Source: Candidatus Omnitrophota bacterium
Lineage (GTDB): Bacteria > Omnitrophota > Gorgyraeia > Duberdicusellales > 4484-171
DNA: 52,021 nt
Assembly: GCA_028711575.1 (NCBI GenBank)
Contig: JAQTSA010000001.1
Coordinates: 1 to 52,021, forward strand
Direction: 5' to 3'
The translations under genes were made by a program, and so were the position numbers. This document shows, in pieces, positions 44,537-52,021 of this stretch. The notes under the pieces were generated by a model. That model had not been told where the DNA came from. It ran no database searches and saw nothing but the letters and a program-made list of their open reading frames with translations. The number at the start of each line of letters is the position of its first letter. Within the stretch, counting starts at the first letter, position 1.

Positions 44537-45562
44537 ATGGAAGAAGAACGGTTAGTTAACAGTCAAAAAGAGAATGAAGAAGAGCGGATCATAAATCTTT
44601 CGCTTAGGCCGCGCACTATCGATGAGTTTATCGGCCAGCCCAATACCGTTTCAGCATTAAAAATAGCCGTTGAAGCTGCCGGCAAGCGTGACGAACCGCT
44701 TGAACATATTCTTTTGTCCGGTCCTCCGGGATTAGGCAAAACCAGCCTTGCTTATTGTATCGCCAAAGAAATGAAAACAAAACTAACCGCAACTAGCGGG
44801 CCGGCAATTGAGCGGGCCGGAGATTTGGTCGGTATTTTAACTAACCTTGAGAAGGGTGACGTTCTTTTTATCGACGAGATTCACCGTCTTTCCCGGGTAG
44901 TCGAGGAGTTTCTCTACCCGGCGATGGAAAATTTCCAAATTGACTTTATTATTGACAAAGGCCCTTACGCTAAAAGCGTGAAATTTAATTTAAAACCTTT
45001 CACTCTAATCGGCGCGACTACCCGTAAGGGGTCACTCAGCGCGCCGTTGCGCGGGCGGTTTGGGTTATTCTTTGATTTTGATTTTTATACGCCGCAAGAT
45101 TTAACGATGATTGTTGGGCGAAGCGCCGCTCTCTTGGACACAAAAATCAATGAGGAAAGCGCTTTTGAAATAGCCAAACGGTCTCGCGGCTCAGCCCGGC
45201 TCTGCAACCGAATCCTTAAACGGGTTCGCGATTATGCCCAGGTCAAAGGTGACGGAACCATTGGGATAGAGATAACTAAAACAGCCCTTGATACAATTCT
45301 TGTTGATGATAAAGGCCTTGACGGTATGGACAGAAAATATCTGTTATCGATAATAAAAATGCATAATGGCGGCCCGGTCGGTATTGAAGCGATTGCCGCA
45401 TCACTCGGTGAGGACCGGGGCACATTAGAAGACGTAGTTGAGCCTTATCTTTTAAGTAAAGGTTTCATTAATCGGTCTCCGCGCGGCCGAATCGCGACTG
45501 AAACCGCTTTTTCTCACTTAAATATCCCCTTTACCAAAGACCCTCAGGAAAAATTATTTTAG
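44537..45562 (+). CDS. ruvB: Holliday junction branch migration helicase RuvB
   Basis: Walker A GPPGLGKTSLA, Walker B DEIHRL, and sensor ATTR...PLRGRFG. Confidence 0.95.
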   Translation: MEEERLVNSQKENEEERIINLSLRPRTIDEFIGQPNTVSALKIAVEAAGKRDEPLEHILLSGPPGLGKTSLAYCIAKEMKTKLTATSGPAIERAGDLVGILTNLEKGDVLFIDEIHRLSRVVEEFLYPAMENFQIDFIIDKGPYAKSVKFNLKPFTLIGATTRKGSLSAPLRGRFGLFFDFDFYTPQDLTMIVGRSAALLDTKINEESAFEIAKRSRGSARLCNRILKRVRDYAQVKGDGTIGIEITKTALDTILVDDKGLDGMDRKYLLSIIKMHNGGPVGIEAIAASLGEDRGTLEDVVEPYLLSKGFINRSPRGRIATETAFSHLNIPFTKDPQEKLF

Positions 45563-45777
45563 GGTTTTCCTTCTTTTTCTAAAATTTTAGCTGTGCCAGA
45601 AATATTTTTTTAAAAGTTTTTTCGCAAATCGATAAATTTTAGGATTCTGAAATCGTTTACAAAAATAATAATTGGGCTTACGATCCGGTACTATATATAT
45701 GTTATATATAATATGGTAGTGGTTTCTTTAAAGGTCAGTGGTGTTCTTTAAGGAAATTGTTTATAAATAGTGGTGGC

Positions 45778-48700
45778 ATGATAATCTTTTTTTATAAAAA
45801 ACGTGGTGAGATTTCTTTTCGGGTTCTAGTTGTTACTTTAATCCTATCTTTTTGCCTTTCGCTTGCTTCCGGCTATTTCAATAACCAATCTTCTTCAGGT
45901 TTTGCTGAATACGTACCTGAACCGAGTAAGCTTATACCTTTAAGCCAACCTTTTAGCCCTGCTATGCTTAGGGGAGTAACCGTAAACCCCAAAGATCCTT
46001 TTCAATTTGATTTTCTTCTTGATAGTGGACAAGAAACGTTAACCAATGAAAGGTTGATTAGAGAGTCTAAGCGACTTATTAAATATTTTTATGGTGCTTT
46101 AACTGTTCCGTCTGAGGACCTTTGGGTAAACCTTTCTCCTTATGAATCGGAAAGGATAGTTCCCACCGAGCTTGGTTCAACTGAACTAGGTAAAGGTCTT
46201 CTAGAGCAAGATTATATTTTAAAACAGCTTCTTGCTTCAGTTACTCATCCGGAGAGTCCTTTGGGAATGAAGTTTTGGCAGAAAGTTTATCAACGCGCTT
46301 ATTCCTTGTATGGGACGTCAGATATTCCGATTAATACGTTTGATAAGATATGGATTGTTCCTGATAGGGCAGTAATCTATGAAGATGGAAACAAAGCCTA
46401 TATCAAAGAAAGTAATTTGAAGGTTATGCTAGAAGAGGATTATCTGGCTTTGGAAAAAAATCGCAATAATCCTGATAAAGCTTTGAATTCTATCGGCGTC
46501 GATAAGATCAACCAGATAAGTAAAGTATCTTCAGATATCATGAGAGATATCGTTCTACCTGAAATAGAGCGAGACATAAATACAGGTGAAAATTTTGCGG
46601 TGTTACGTCAGATTTACAATTCTTTAATCCTTGCGGTATGGTTCAAACAAAAGTTAAAGACACATATCTTAAATCAGGTTTACTCGGATAGAAACAAGAT
46701 AAAGGGCGTCGACATTAATGACCGAAATGTTAAAGATAAAATCTACGCGTATTATTTGGAAGCATTTAAGAAAGGTGCCTACGATTTAATCAGAAATGAC
46801 TATGACCCGGTTACAGATCGAAAGATTAAACGTCGATACTTTTCCGGTGGATTTGACGGATCAAAAGTTCTAGATGTTATTTCTGGTAGTCCGTTTCCGA
46901 AAGGAGGCATTAGTTCTGAAGGTAAAGTCATTGCCTTAAGCGTTAGGACTTATCCGGCATTAACGGGAATGGGTGTTGGCGGTGGATCGGAATCTGGCGG
47001 TAGCGATAGTTCTTTTGGTGTCGGTGGTGGTGCGGTAAAAAAAATCGACCCAATAGAAGATCAAATAAGACGACAACAACTAAAAAAACGGTTATCTTTT
47101 TCGGCGCTGCTTGAAAATGTTCTGAGCCATGTTGTATATCTTTTAAGGCGATCGCCGGCTTTTTTTTTAGCGGAGCATCTTACAGATAAGAATTCACCCA
47201 AAACGGCTAACGATTATACTGCAGCAGAACTGAATCCATACGATTCATCTACCTACCATCAAACGGTTCATCAGGCGATTTCTTCCGGTTTACCATCAGA
47301 TTTAGATAAGAACTTTGAGAATTATCGAGATCATGATGGTCAAGTCGTTTTGCCTGTAAAAGACCTTTTTAAGAATACAGGTCTTATTGCTCACATTGGT
47401 TTAGGACAGGTTTACGATGAACCTGTCATTTATATAGATTCCCAATTTAATGGGCAAGATCGAGAGGATATAAAAGCTCACGAACGATATGAAATTGAGA
47501 GATGGCAGTGGCTTCGCAGTGGGTTGGGTCTTAATTATCAGCAAATGCGTAATTGGATACGTGATAATTCAAATTATACCGGATCAGGGACGGCACAGCG
47601 TCTTGCGGCAAAATGGCACGTTCAAGCTCCGAGTGTTCGGCATATTTATCTGCGTATTCAGGGAGATAAAGTTCAATCAGCTTCAATGCAGGCGACGGTT
47701 GCTAGTGTCGAAGATGTTTATGATGATTCTCCTGACGTAGTCTTGGCGGCGGGTTTTTCTTCAGCAATTGATATGGATCCTGAAACATTAGAAATCCTAG
47801 ACCTTACTATTGAGGAAGTCTTAAAAGAAAAGCAAGCTCAGTCTGGTAGAGAAGTCTTTAATTCTGGACCTTTAGTTTCGATAATTTTCGAACAGGACAT
47901 CCAAAGGCATAGCTCGGAATTTAGCGATCGATTATCTCAATATATACCATACCTAAATGATCGCTATAGCAATCAATATTATTTTACGAACTTAGCCAAT
48001 TATCTGGACTATATCTCTGAACGGTTATTCAAAGATAGTTACGACAGTGAATTGATACCCACCAGTTATCATTTAACATGGGGAGATTTCAAGAGGCATA
48101 TTCGTCGTGAAATAATCTTTTTTGGCGATAATTCCCGTAAAGCAGTTGAACGAATCCTGTTTTTATTAGGTGTCGATCCTTATGGGGTAAACAGCAATGA
48201 GATAGAAAGCAGAAAAGCATACCTGCAAAGAGTAATTGAACGCTGGCATATATTTGGACCGATAAAATCCTTGGCTTTAGGCGAATTTGTTTTTGTTGAA
48301 TCAGGTAAAGACAAAGGGGTTTATCTTAAAGTGAAAGTTCCGCTTAAGGGCCAACGGTTAGCAAGAACTGATGAAACGGCGGATCAAGAGCGAGAACTTG
48401 TTTTTAAGATTTCGGTACTGAATAACGCTATTGTTAAACCAGGTAATAAGGCTGATTTTGAGAATAGTCAACACTGGCACAATATCTTAAATAGTGTCCG
48501 TTATGCTATGTTTAATCCCTTACCCAATGATGTGGTTATGCGCGCTCCGCATGGAAGGATGTATCATCATACCTTTTCTGTTAACAGTAGCCTTCAAGAT
48601 CATCGGGTCGTTTTTCGTCCGATACTTTATGACAATGAGGACACTGATTCGGGCGTTGCCGGGGAAATAGTAATTACCGGTATTGCTACTCACTTCAATA

Positions 48701-51700
48701 ATCATGAAGGGTTGTATAAGGAGCCGTTATTAGCGGCAGTGTCAAGCGCTGAGAGTATTGAAAATGGCACTCTTGTTGGTGCTGATGGTAAAGTTATTGC
48801 GAGATTGCGAGGGCTAATGGAAGATTCACCTTTGTCGTCACTAGAAACCCTGCAGGCTGTAGCTGAAGCAATTGACAGGGGCAATATTTCTCTTATACGA
48901 GACAAGTCTGTTCAGGCTAATTTGGGAATAATTCAAAATGATGATCAGCAAAAAGAAAATGAACTGATAGAGTTAGATGTTTTTTCTTCGCTGGTGCAGC
49001 GGGCTATGAGTCAGGGTGAGTGGATTGGTAACTATGATTCTCGGATATTTTCTCGTTTGGAAACGTTGGGGGGGCGTGGAACGAGGACTTCGTTTGAGGT
49101 GTACTCTATGGATAAAGGCGGTTTCCCGCAGGGTGTAACCACGGCCTGGGGTTTTATTAGAGGAAGTTTTGTTTTTGTTGTGTCATCAGATGTTGCTGGC
49201 AATAAAGAGGATCTTGATCAAGCCTTGAAAAACGCGGTTAATCAGATACGGAATATGGTGCAGATGGTCTCTTCTGGCAATATAGGTGCTGTCGAAAGTG
49301 CGTTACGAGAAAGTCTAGATTCTCTGTACGGGAAAGAAGTTCCGTTTAATGAAGAAATTAAAAGTTTGTTAATCAGATCCAGGATTATTTCTTCTGATGT
49401 TGCAGAATTGCTTGAAGTACATATAGTAGCAGATGAAGAACTGAACGCTCTTGGATTGAATGATGCGGCATATTCGGTTGATAGTAAAATAATTGTCCGT
49501 CGTTCAGTGTATGAGGATGGCGTTGCGATAAACAACGGCAGATTAACTGATTATTCCAAAGTTCTTATTCATGAGTCAGTAGCCAGACATTTAGCTTTTT
49601 ATCAGAATGCGGCTTCTGGAGAGGGGAGTGTTCATCACTGGGCTGCTCGCAGTATAGAACAGCAGATGGAACTATCAGTTTTGTTAGAGTATAGAGATTC
49701 ACTGAGTAGTAAAGAGGAGAAAGAAGAAGTCTCAAAAGAGATACGACAGTTGTACGTAAGACATAACCAACAGCTAGAAAAGATGGAGCTTGATATTATT
49801 GGTCTTGACACAGAAAATAAGCGTCAGCATAGTGAAGATTATGCCATGTCCGGTAGTCTTGGTACCTTTAACCGTGGTGAATTATCGCTTCGCAAAAAAA
49901 ACGTTCAGGAATTACTTCAAGGGTATACTCGGTCAGCTTCTCGCACGGAAGCGGAAAAACACATAAGAGAACTTATATTTAGATTAGGCGGAATAGATAA
50001 CTTAAAAGCTACTGAAGCTTTGAGAACAATCGTAACTCGACCTCGGGTGAACAGACAGGATAATGAAATCCTTTTAGCGGTTGAGGCTCTTTCTTTTGCT
50101 GCGGGTAAAGGTAACAGCGTCGCTCAGTCACAGTTACGAACTATTGTTCAGATGCACTTAGCCAATCTTATTATTAGCGGGATTGTTTCTGGATTTTTTT
50201 CGACGGATTCCGGTCATTTTGCCGATGGCTTCCTTTCATCAACTGTTATGCCTAAATTACTTTCGATGCTTGCGGATCAAGGATCCATGGGGGCAGACGT
50301 TTTTACTCCGGTAACACAATTAATCAGTTTGGTTCTACAGTCTCCGGAGCGTTTTAATCAGGATAACTCTTTTGATAAGGAAAAAATAGAGTCTTTGTTT
50401 GTCCGTCGTCTTATTTCTGCTGACGCTATTCTTTCCACACCGGATTTATCAATTGAGGAGTACCGTGCTTCGGCTAATACTGTAAATGCGATAGGGGACT
50501 ATTTTCCTTACCTAATCATTCAGGATTATAACGCCGCCAGAGTAGGCTACGCCTTGGGTCCTTACGCCAGTCAGAATGGACTTGCTTCCTGGAGATTTTT
50601 TGATAATGCTCATTTTCAGGAGGTTACATCAGGGCTAACGGCTATTGAACGGCATTCCATAGCTTCTGCAGCTTATCATTTTTTGCGTCAGCACGGTAAA
50701 AGTACTGTTGTTGACGGAAACCTTTCGGTTGCCGTTGACGTTATTATGATGCAACGCACGAGTAATTCGTTACTTTCAATACGTCCGTTTTCCTCAACCA
50801 GAAAAACAATCAATATCCTTCACAATGAAGATAGTTTTGACGTGTCTATGGTTGAAGAAATTGAACGTCAGGCTAGTTCTCAAACCGGAGAACCCCTAAT
50901 AGAGAGTTTTAAGGGGGCTGAACAAAAATATAACGCTCTCAACTCTGTATCCCAGAGTACCGGGGAACTAACCGTGTTCTTTGTCGGGCATGGCGGTCCA
51001 AATCACTCATGGCTTTCCGGAGGGGAACCAGAAACAGCTGTTTCTGATAGGATGAAACATCCCTACGCGATAAGTTTTGAGGAAATGGGAAACTCTCTGA
51101 TAGAGCGTGGTGATATAGGTAAAGTTGTTATTTTACTTGAATCGTGTTATTCGTACAACTTCGCGGTTAATTTATACAATTATTTGAAACAACATGGTGC
51201 AAAAGAGTTCCCTGCGATTGTTACGGCATCATCGTACAACCAGTTGAGTTGGACCATATTGTTTGTTAAATCGATATCGGAGTTTGTTCGCAGAAACAAC
51301 GATTTTAAGCTCGGTGACGCCTTTGAGATAGAGCAATATATGTATCAAGATCAGGATCTTAGCGTTTTCCTTCCAACGTCTAAATCGATAGAAAACCAGG
51401 TAGCAAACCTCGTTGATGCTGAAGACGGACAAGATGCTTTTATTTTCGACGATCAAACCGTAGAGTTGTACTTTCCTGGGTTGATCCTTGCTGCTACTGA
51501 AACAGGTGTTCGGGAAGAAACTGAGATTAGATATCCCCCCTTAGCTGTTGTTCAGTCAGGGTTCATTGGTAGTGACGGCCGAGTCGAAATATCGGATTTA
51601 GAGAAAATAGGTGTTGCTTCAGATAGAGTGATTGATGCATATAATCGTAAAGAATTTATGTTACCGGTAACAGTTGCAAACGGCCACGTTGTTTTGAGGG

Positions 51701-52021
51701 ATGCAGTTTTACAAATAGGAGACATTACTGTTACAATTAAGGTAAATAATACGGTTGAAGGGTTTGCGGGTGTATCGGCAGATCATAGTGTCGTTTATGT
51801 TAACATTACTGATATTGATGATTTATTATTTTCATCTCAATTGTCTGATGAGGAAAAAGAAACAGCGGTAAAACGAATACTTTTGCATGATGTGACTGAA
51901 AGTTATGCTTTACAAAGCCGATATCGTCGTCCGGAAGCGCATCAGGCAGCGATGATGGCTGAAAGTATGATGCCCGGACAGTCTCAACGGATACGTGATG
52001 CCTTAGGCGATATACTTAAAA
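45778..52021 (+). CDS. Giant membrane-anchored protein of more than 2,081 aa (3' end beyond the window); not in the supplied ORF track
   Basis: I hand-translated the frame phased with 45778, 20 codons per sequence line. No TAA/TAG/TGA occurs between the in-frame TAA at 45709-45711 and base 52021. The first ATG is 45778 (alternative TTG at 45757). The N-terminus is MIIFFYKKRGEISFRVLVVTLILSFCLSLASGYF (basic stretch plus one TM helix). Only short out-of-frame or antisense ORFs are listed in the track for this region. Confidence 0.85.
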   Translation, partial: MIIFFYKKRGEISFRVLVVTLILSFCLSLASGYFNNQSSSGFAEYVPEPSKLIPLSQPFSPAMLRGVTVNPKDPFQFDFLLDSGQETLTNERLIRESKRLIKYFYGALTVPSEDLWVNLSPYESERIVPTELGSTELGKGLLEQDYILKQLLASVTHPESPLGMKFWQKVYQRAYSLYGTSDIPINTFDKIWIVPDRAVIYEDGNKAYIKESNLKVMLEEDYLALEKNRNNPDKALNSIGVDKINQISKVSSDIMRDIVLPEIERDINTGENFAVLRQIYNSLILAVWFKQKLKTHILNQVYSDRNKIKGVDINDRNVKDKIYAYYLEAFKKGAYDLIRNDYDPVTDRKIKRRYFSGGFDGSKVLDVISGSPFPKGGISSEGKVIALSVRTYPALTGMGVGGGSESGGSDSSFGVGGGAVKKIDPIEDQIRRQQLKKRLSFSALLENVLSHVVYLLRRSPAFFLAEHLTDKNSPKTANDYTAAELNPYDSSTYHQTVHQAISSGLPSDLDKNFENYRDHDGQVVLPVKDLFKNTGLIAHIGLGQVYDEPVIYIDSQFNGQDREDIKAHERYEIERWQWLRSGLGLNYQQMRNWIRDNSNYTGSGTAQRLAAKWHVQAPSVRHIYLRIQGDKVQSASMQATVASVEDVYDDSPDVVLAAGFSSAIDMDPETLEILDLTIEEVLKEKQAQSGREVFNSGPLVSIIFEQDIQRHSSEFSDRLSQYIPYLNDRYSNQYYFTNLANYLDYISERLFKDSYDSELIPTSYHLTWGDFKRHIRREIIFFGDNSRKAVERILFLLGVDPYGVNSNEIESRKAYLQRVIERWHIFGPIKSLALGEFVFVESGKDKGVYLKVKVPLKGQRLARTDETADQERELVFKISVLNNAIVKPGNKADFENSQHWHNILNSVRYAMFNPLPNDVVMRAPHGRMYHHTFSVNSSLQDHRVVFRPILYDNEDTDSGVAGEIVITGIATHFNNHEGLYKEPLLAAVSSAESIENGTLVGADGKVIARLRGLMEDSPLSSLETLQAVAEAIDRGNISLIRDKSVQANLGIIQNDDQQKENELIELDVFSSLVQRAMSQGEWIGNYDSRIFSRLETLGGRGTRTSFEVYSMDKGGFPQGVTTAWGFIRGSFVFVVSSDVAGNKEDLDQALKNAVNQIRNMVQMVSSGNIGAVESALRESLDSLYGKEVPFNEEIKSLLIRSRIISSDVAELLEVHIVADEELNALGLNDAAYSVDSKIIVRRSVYEDGVAINNGRLTDYSKVLIHESVARHLAFYQNAASGEGSVHHWAARSIEQQMELSVLLEYRDSLSSKEEKEEVSKEIRQLYVRHNQQLEKMELDIIGLDTENKRQHSEDYAMSGSLGTFNRGELSLRKKNVQELLQGYTRSASRTEAEKHIRELIFRLGGIDNLKATEALRTIVTRPRVNRQDNEILLAVEALSFAAGKGNSVAQSQLRTIVQMHLANLIISGIVSGFFSTDSGHFADGFLSSTVMPKLLSMLADQGSMGADVFTPVTQLISLVLQSPERFNQDNSFDKEKIESLFVRRLISADAILSTPDLSIEEYRASANTVNAIGDYFPYLIIQDYNAARVGYALGPYASQNGLASWRFFDNAHFQEVTSGLTAIERHSIASAAYHFLRQHGKSTVVDGNLSVAVDVIMMQRTSNSLLSIRPFSSTRKTINILHNEDSFDVSMVEEIERQASSQTGEPLIESFKGAEQKYNALNSVSQSTGELTVFFVGHGGPNHSWLSGGEPETAVSDRMKHPYAISFEEMGNSLIERGDIGKVVILLESCYSYNFAVNLYNYLKQHGAKEFPAIVTASSYNQLSWTILFVKSISEFVRRNNDFKLGDAFEIEQYMYQDQDLSVFLPTSKSIENQVANLVDAEDGQDAFIFDDQTVELYFPGLILAATETGVREETEIRYPPLAVVQSGFIGSDGRVEISDLEKIGVASDRVIDAYNRKEFMLPVTVANGHVVLRDAVLQIGDITVTIKVNNTVEGFAGVSADHSVVYVNITDIDDLLFSSQLSDEEKETAVKRILLHDVTESYALQSRYRRPEAHQAAMMAESMMPGQSQRIRDALGDILK
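50950..51180 (+). other. Candidate clan CD (caspase/legumain/CHAT-like) cysteine peptidase catalytic core inside the giant ORF
   Basis: ELTVFFVGHGGP (His codon 50989-50991, residue 1738) and GKVVILLESCYSYNF (Cys codon 51145-51147, residue 1790). Each follows a hydrophobic strand, 52 residues apart. Compare the legumain-type hhhhxDHG ... hhhhEACxSG pattern. Confidence 0.5.

Noticed and set aside
49561-49600. Metalloprotease-like motif LIHESVARH in the giant protein. Also looked at were loosely similar H[ED]xxE segments near 47479 (AHERYEIE) and 51880 (LHDVTESY).
   Set aside because: The spacing is HExxxxH, not the zincin HExxH. There is no downstream third ligand I can argue for, and the three segments are too short and degenerate to call a repeat domain without a profile search.
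45563-52021. Alternative genetic code or a non-coding region as the reason no ORF was listed here.
   Set aside because: The frame is open under the standard code for more than 2,081 codons. Elsewhere in the window TGA, TAA and TAG all terminate well-supported genes. The simple explanation is the lack of a stop codon inside the window.

Overview
This is a 52-kb, AT-rich (by eye, not computed) bacterial chromosomal segment. Every protein gene I can support (about 47) lies on the + strand. Genes are tightly packed, with many TAATG/ATGA start-stop overlaps, and TGA, TAA and TAG all terminate genes, so the standard code applies.

Layout:
(i) 1-9,048: an 8-gene translationally coupled block. It holds a YfhO-like membrane protein, a GT2 glycosyltransferase, a SAM methyltransferase, three B12-binding radical SAM enzymes, a YdjC-type deacetylase and a Dus-family flavoenzyme.
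(ii) 9.1-12.95 kb: a low-coding region. It holds a small membrane protein, a PilZ protein, one secreted/membrane protein and two tRNA-Arg genes (UCG and ACG). It also holds three copies of a ~160-nt conserved, apparently structured element, exact duplications of each tRNA's 3' half, and a dense GTCAAAC/GTTTGAC heptamer array with hairpin spacers.
(iii) 12.96-45.56 kb: housekeeping genes. In order: flavodoxin-like, cutA, ccdA, TlpA-like, a pncB-pncA fusion with a 3' frameshift, proC, mtnP, a PfkB kinase, ileS, a DksA-like protein, lspA, rluD, aroA, an FAH-family protein and a YjbQ-like protein. Next come a pilin-like protein with a perfect 18-bp tandem repeat, a CHASE2-HD-GYP sensor, an OmpA-like lipoprotein and a coiled-coil protein. 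The block ends with uppS, cdsA, dxr, rseP, ispG, a CpaF-like ATPase, proS, rimP, nusA, infB, trpS, scpA and ruvB.
(iv) 45,778 to the last base: one uninterrupted ORF of more than 2,081 codons that is absent from the supplied ORF track because it has no stop inside the window. It encodes a membrane-anchored giant protein with a caspase/legumain-like (clan CD) His...Cys dyad near residue 1,738-1,790.

I saw no rRNA, CRISPR array, cas gene, transposase or integrase ORF. Taxonomy cannot be assigned from the sequence alone. The giant ORF, an orphan Tad-type ATPase and the small co-directional genes fit an uncultivated small-genome lineage, but that is inference only.
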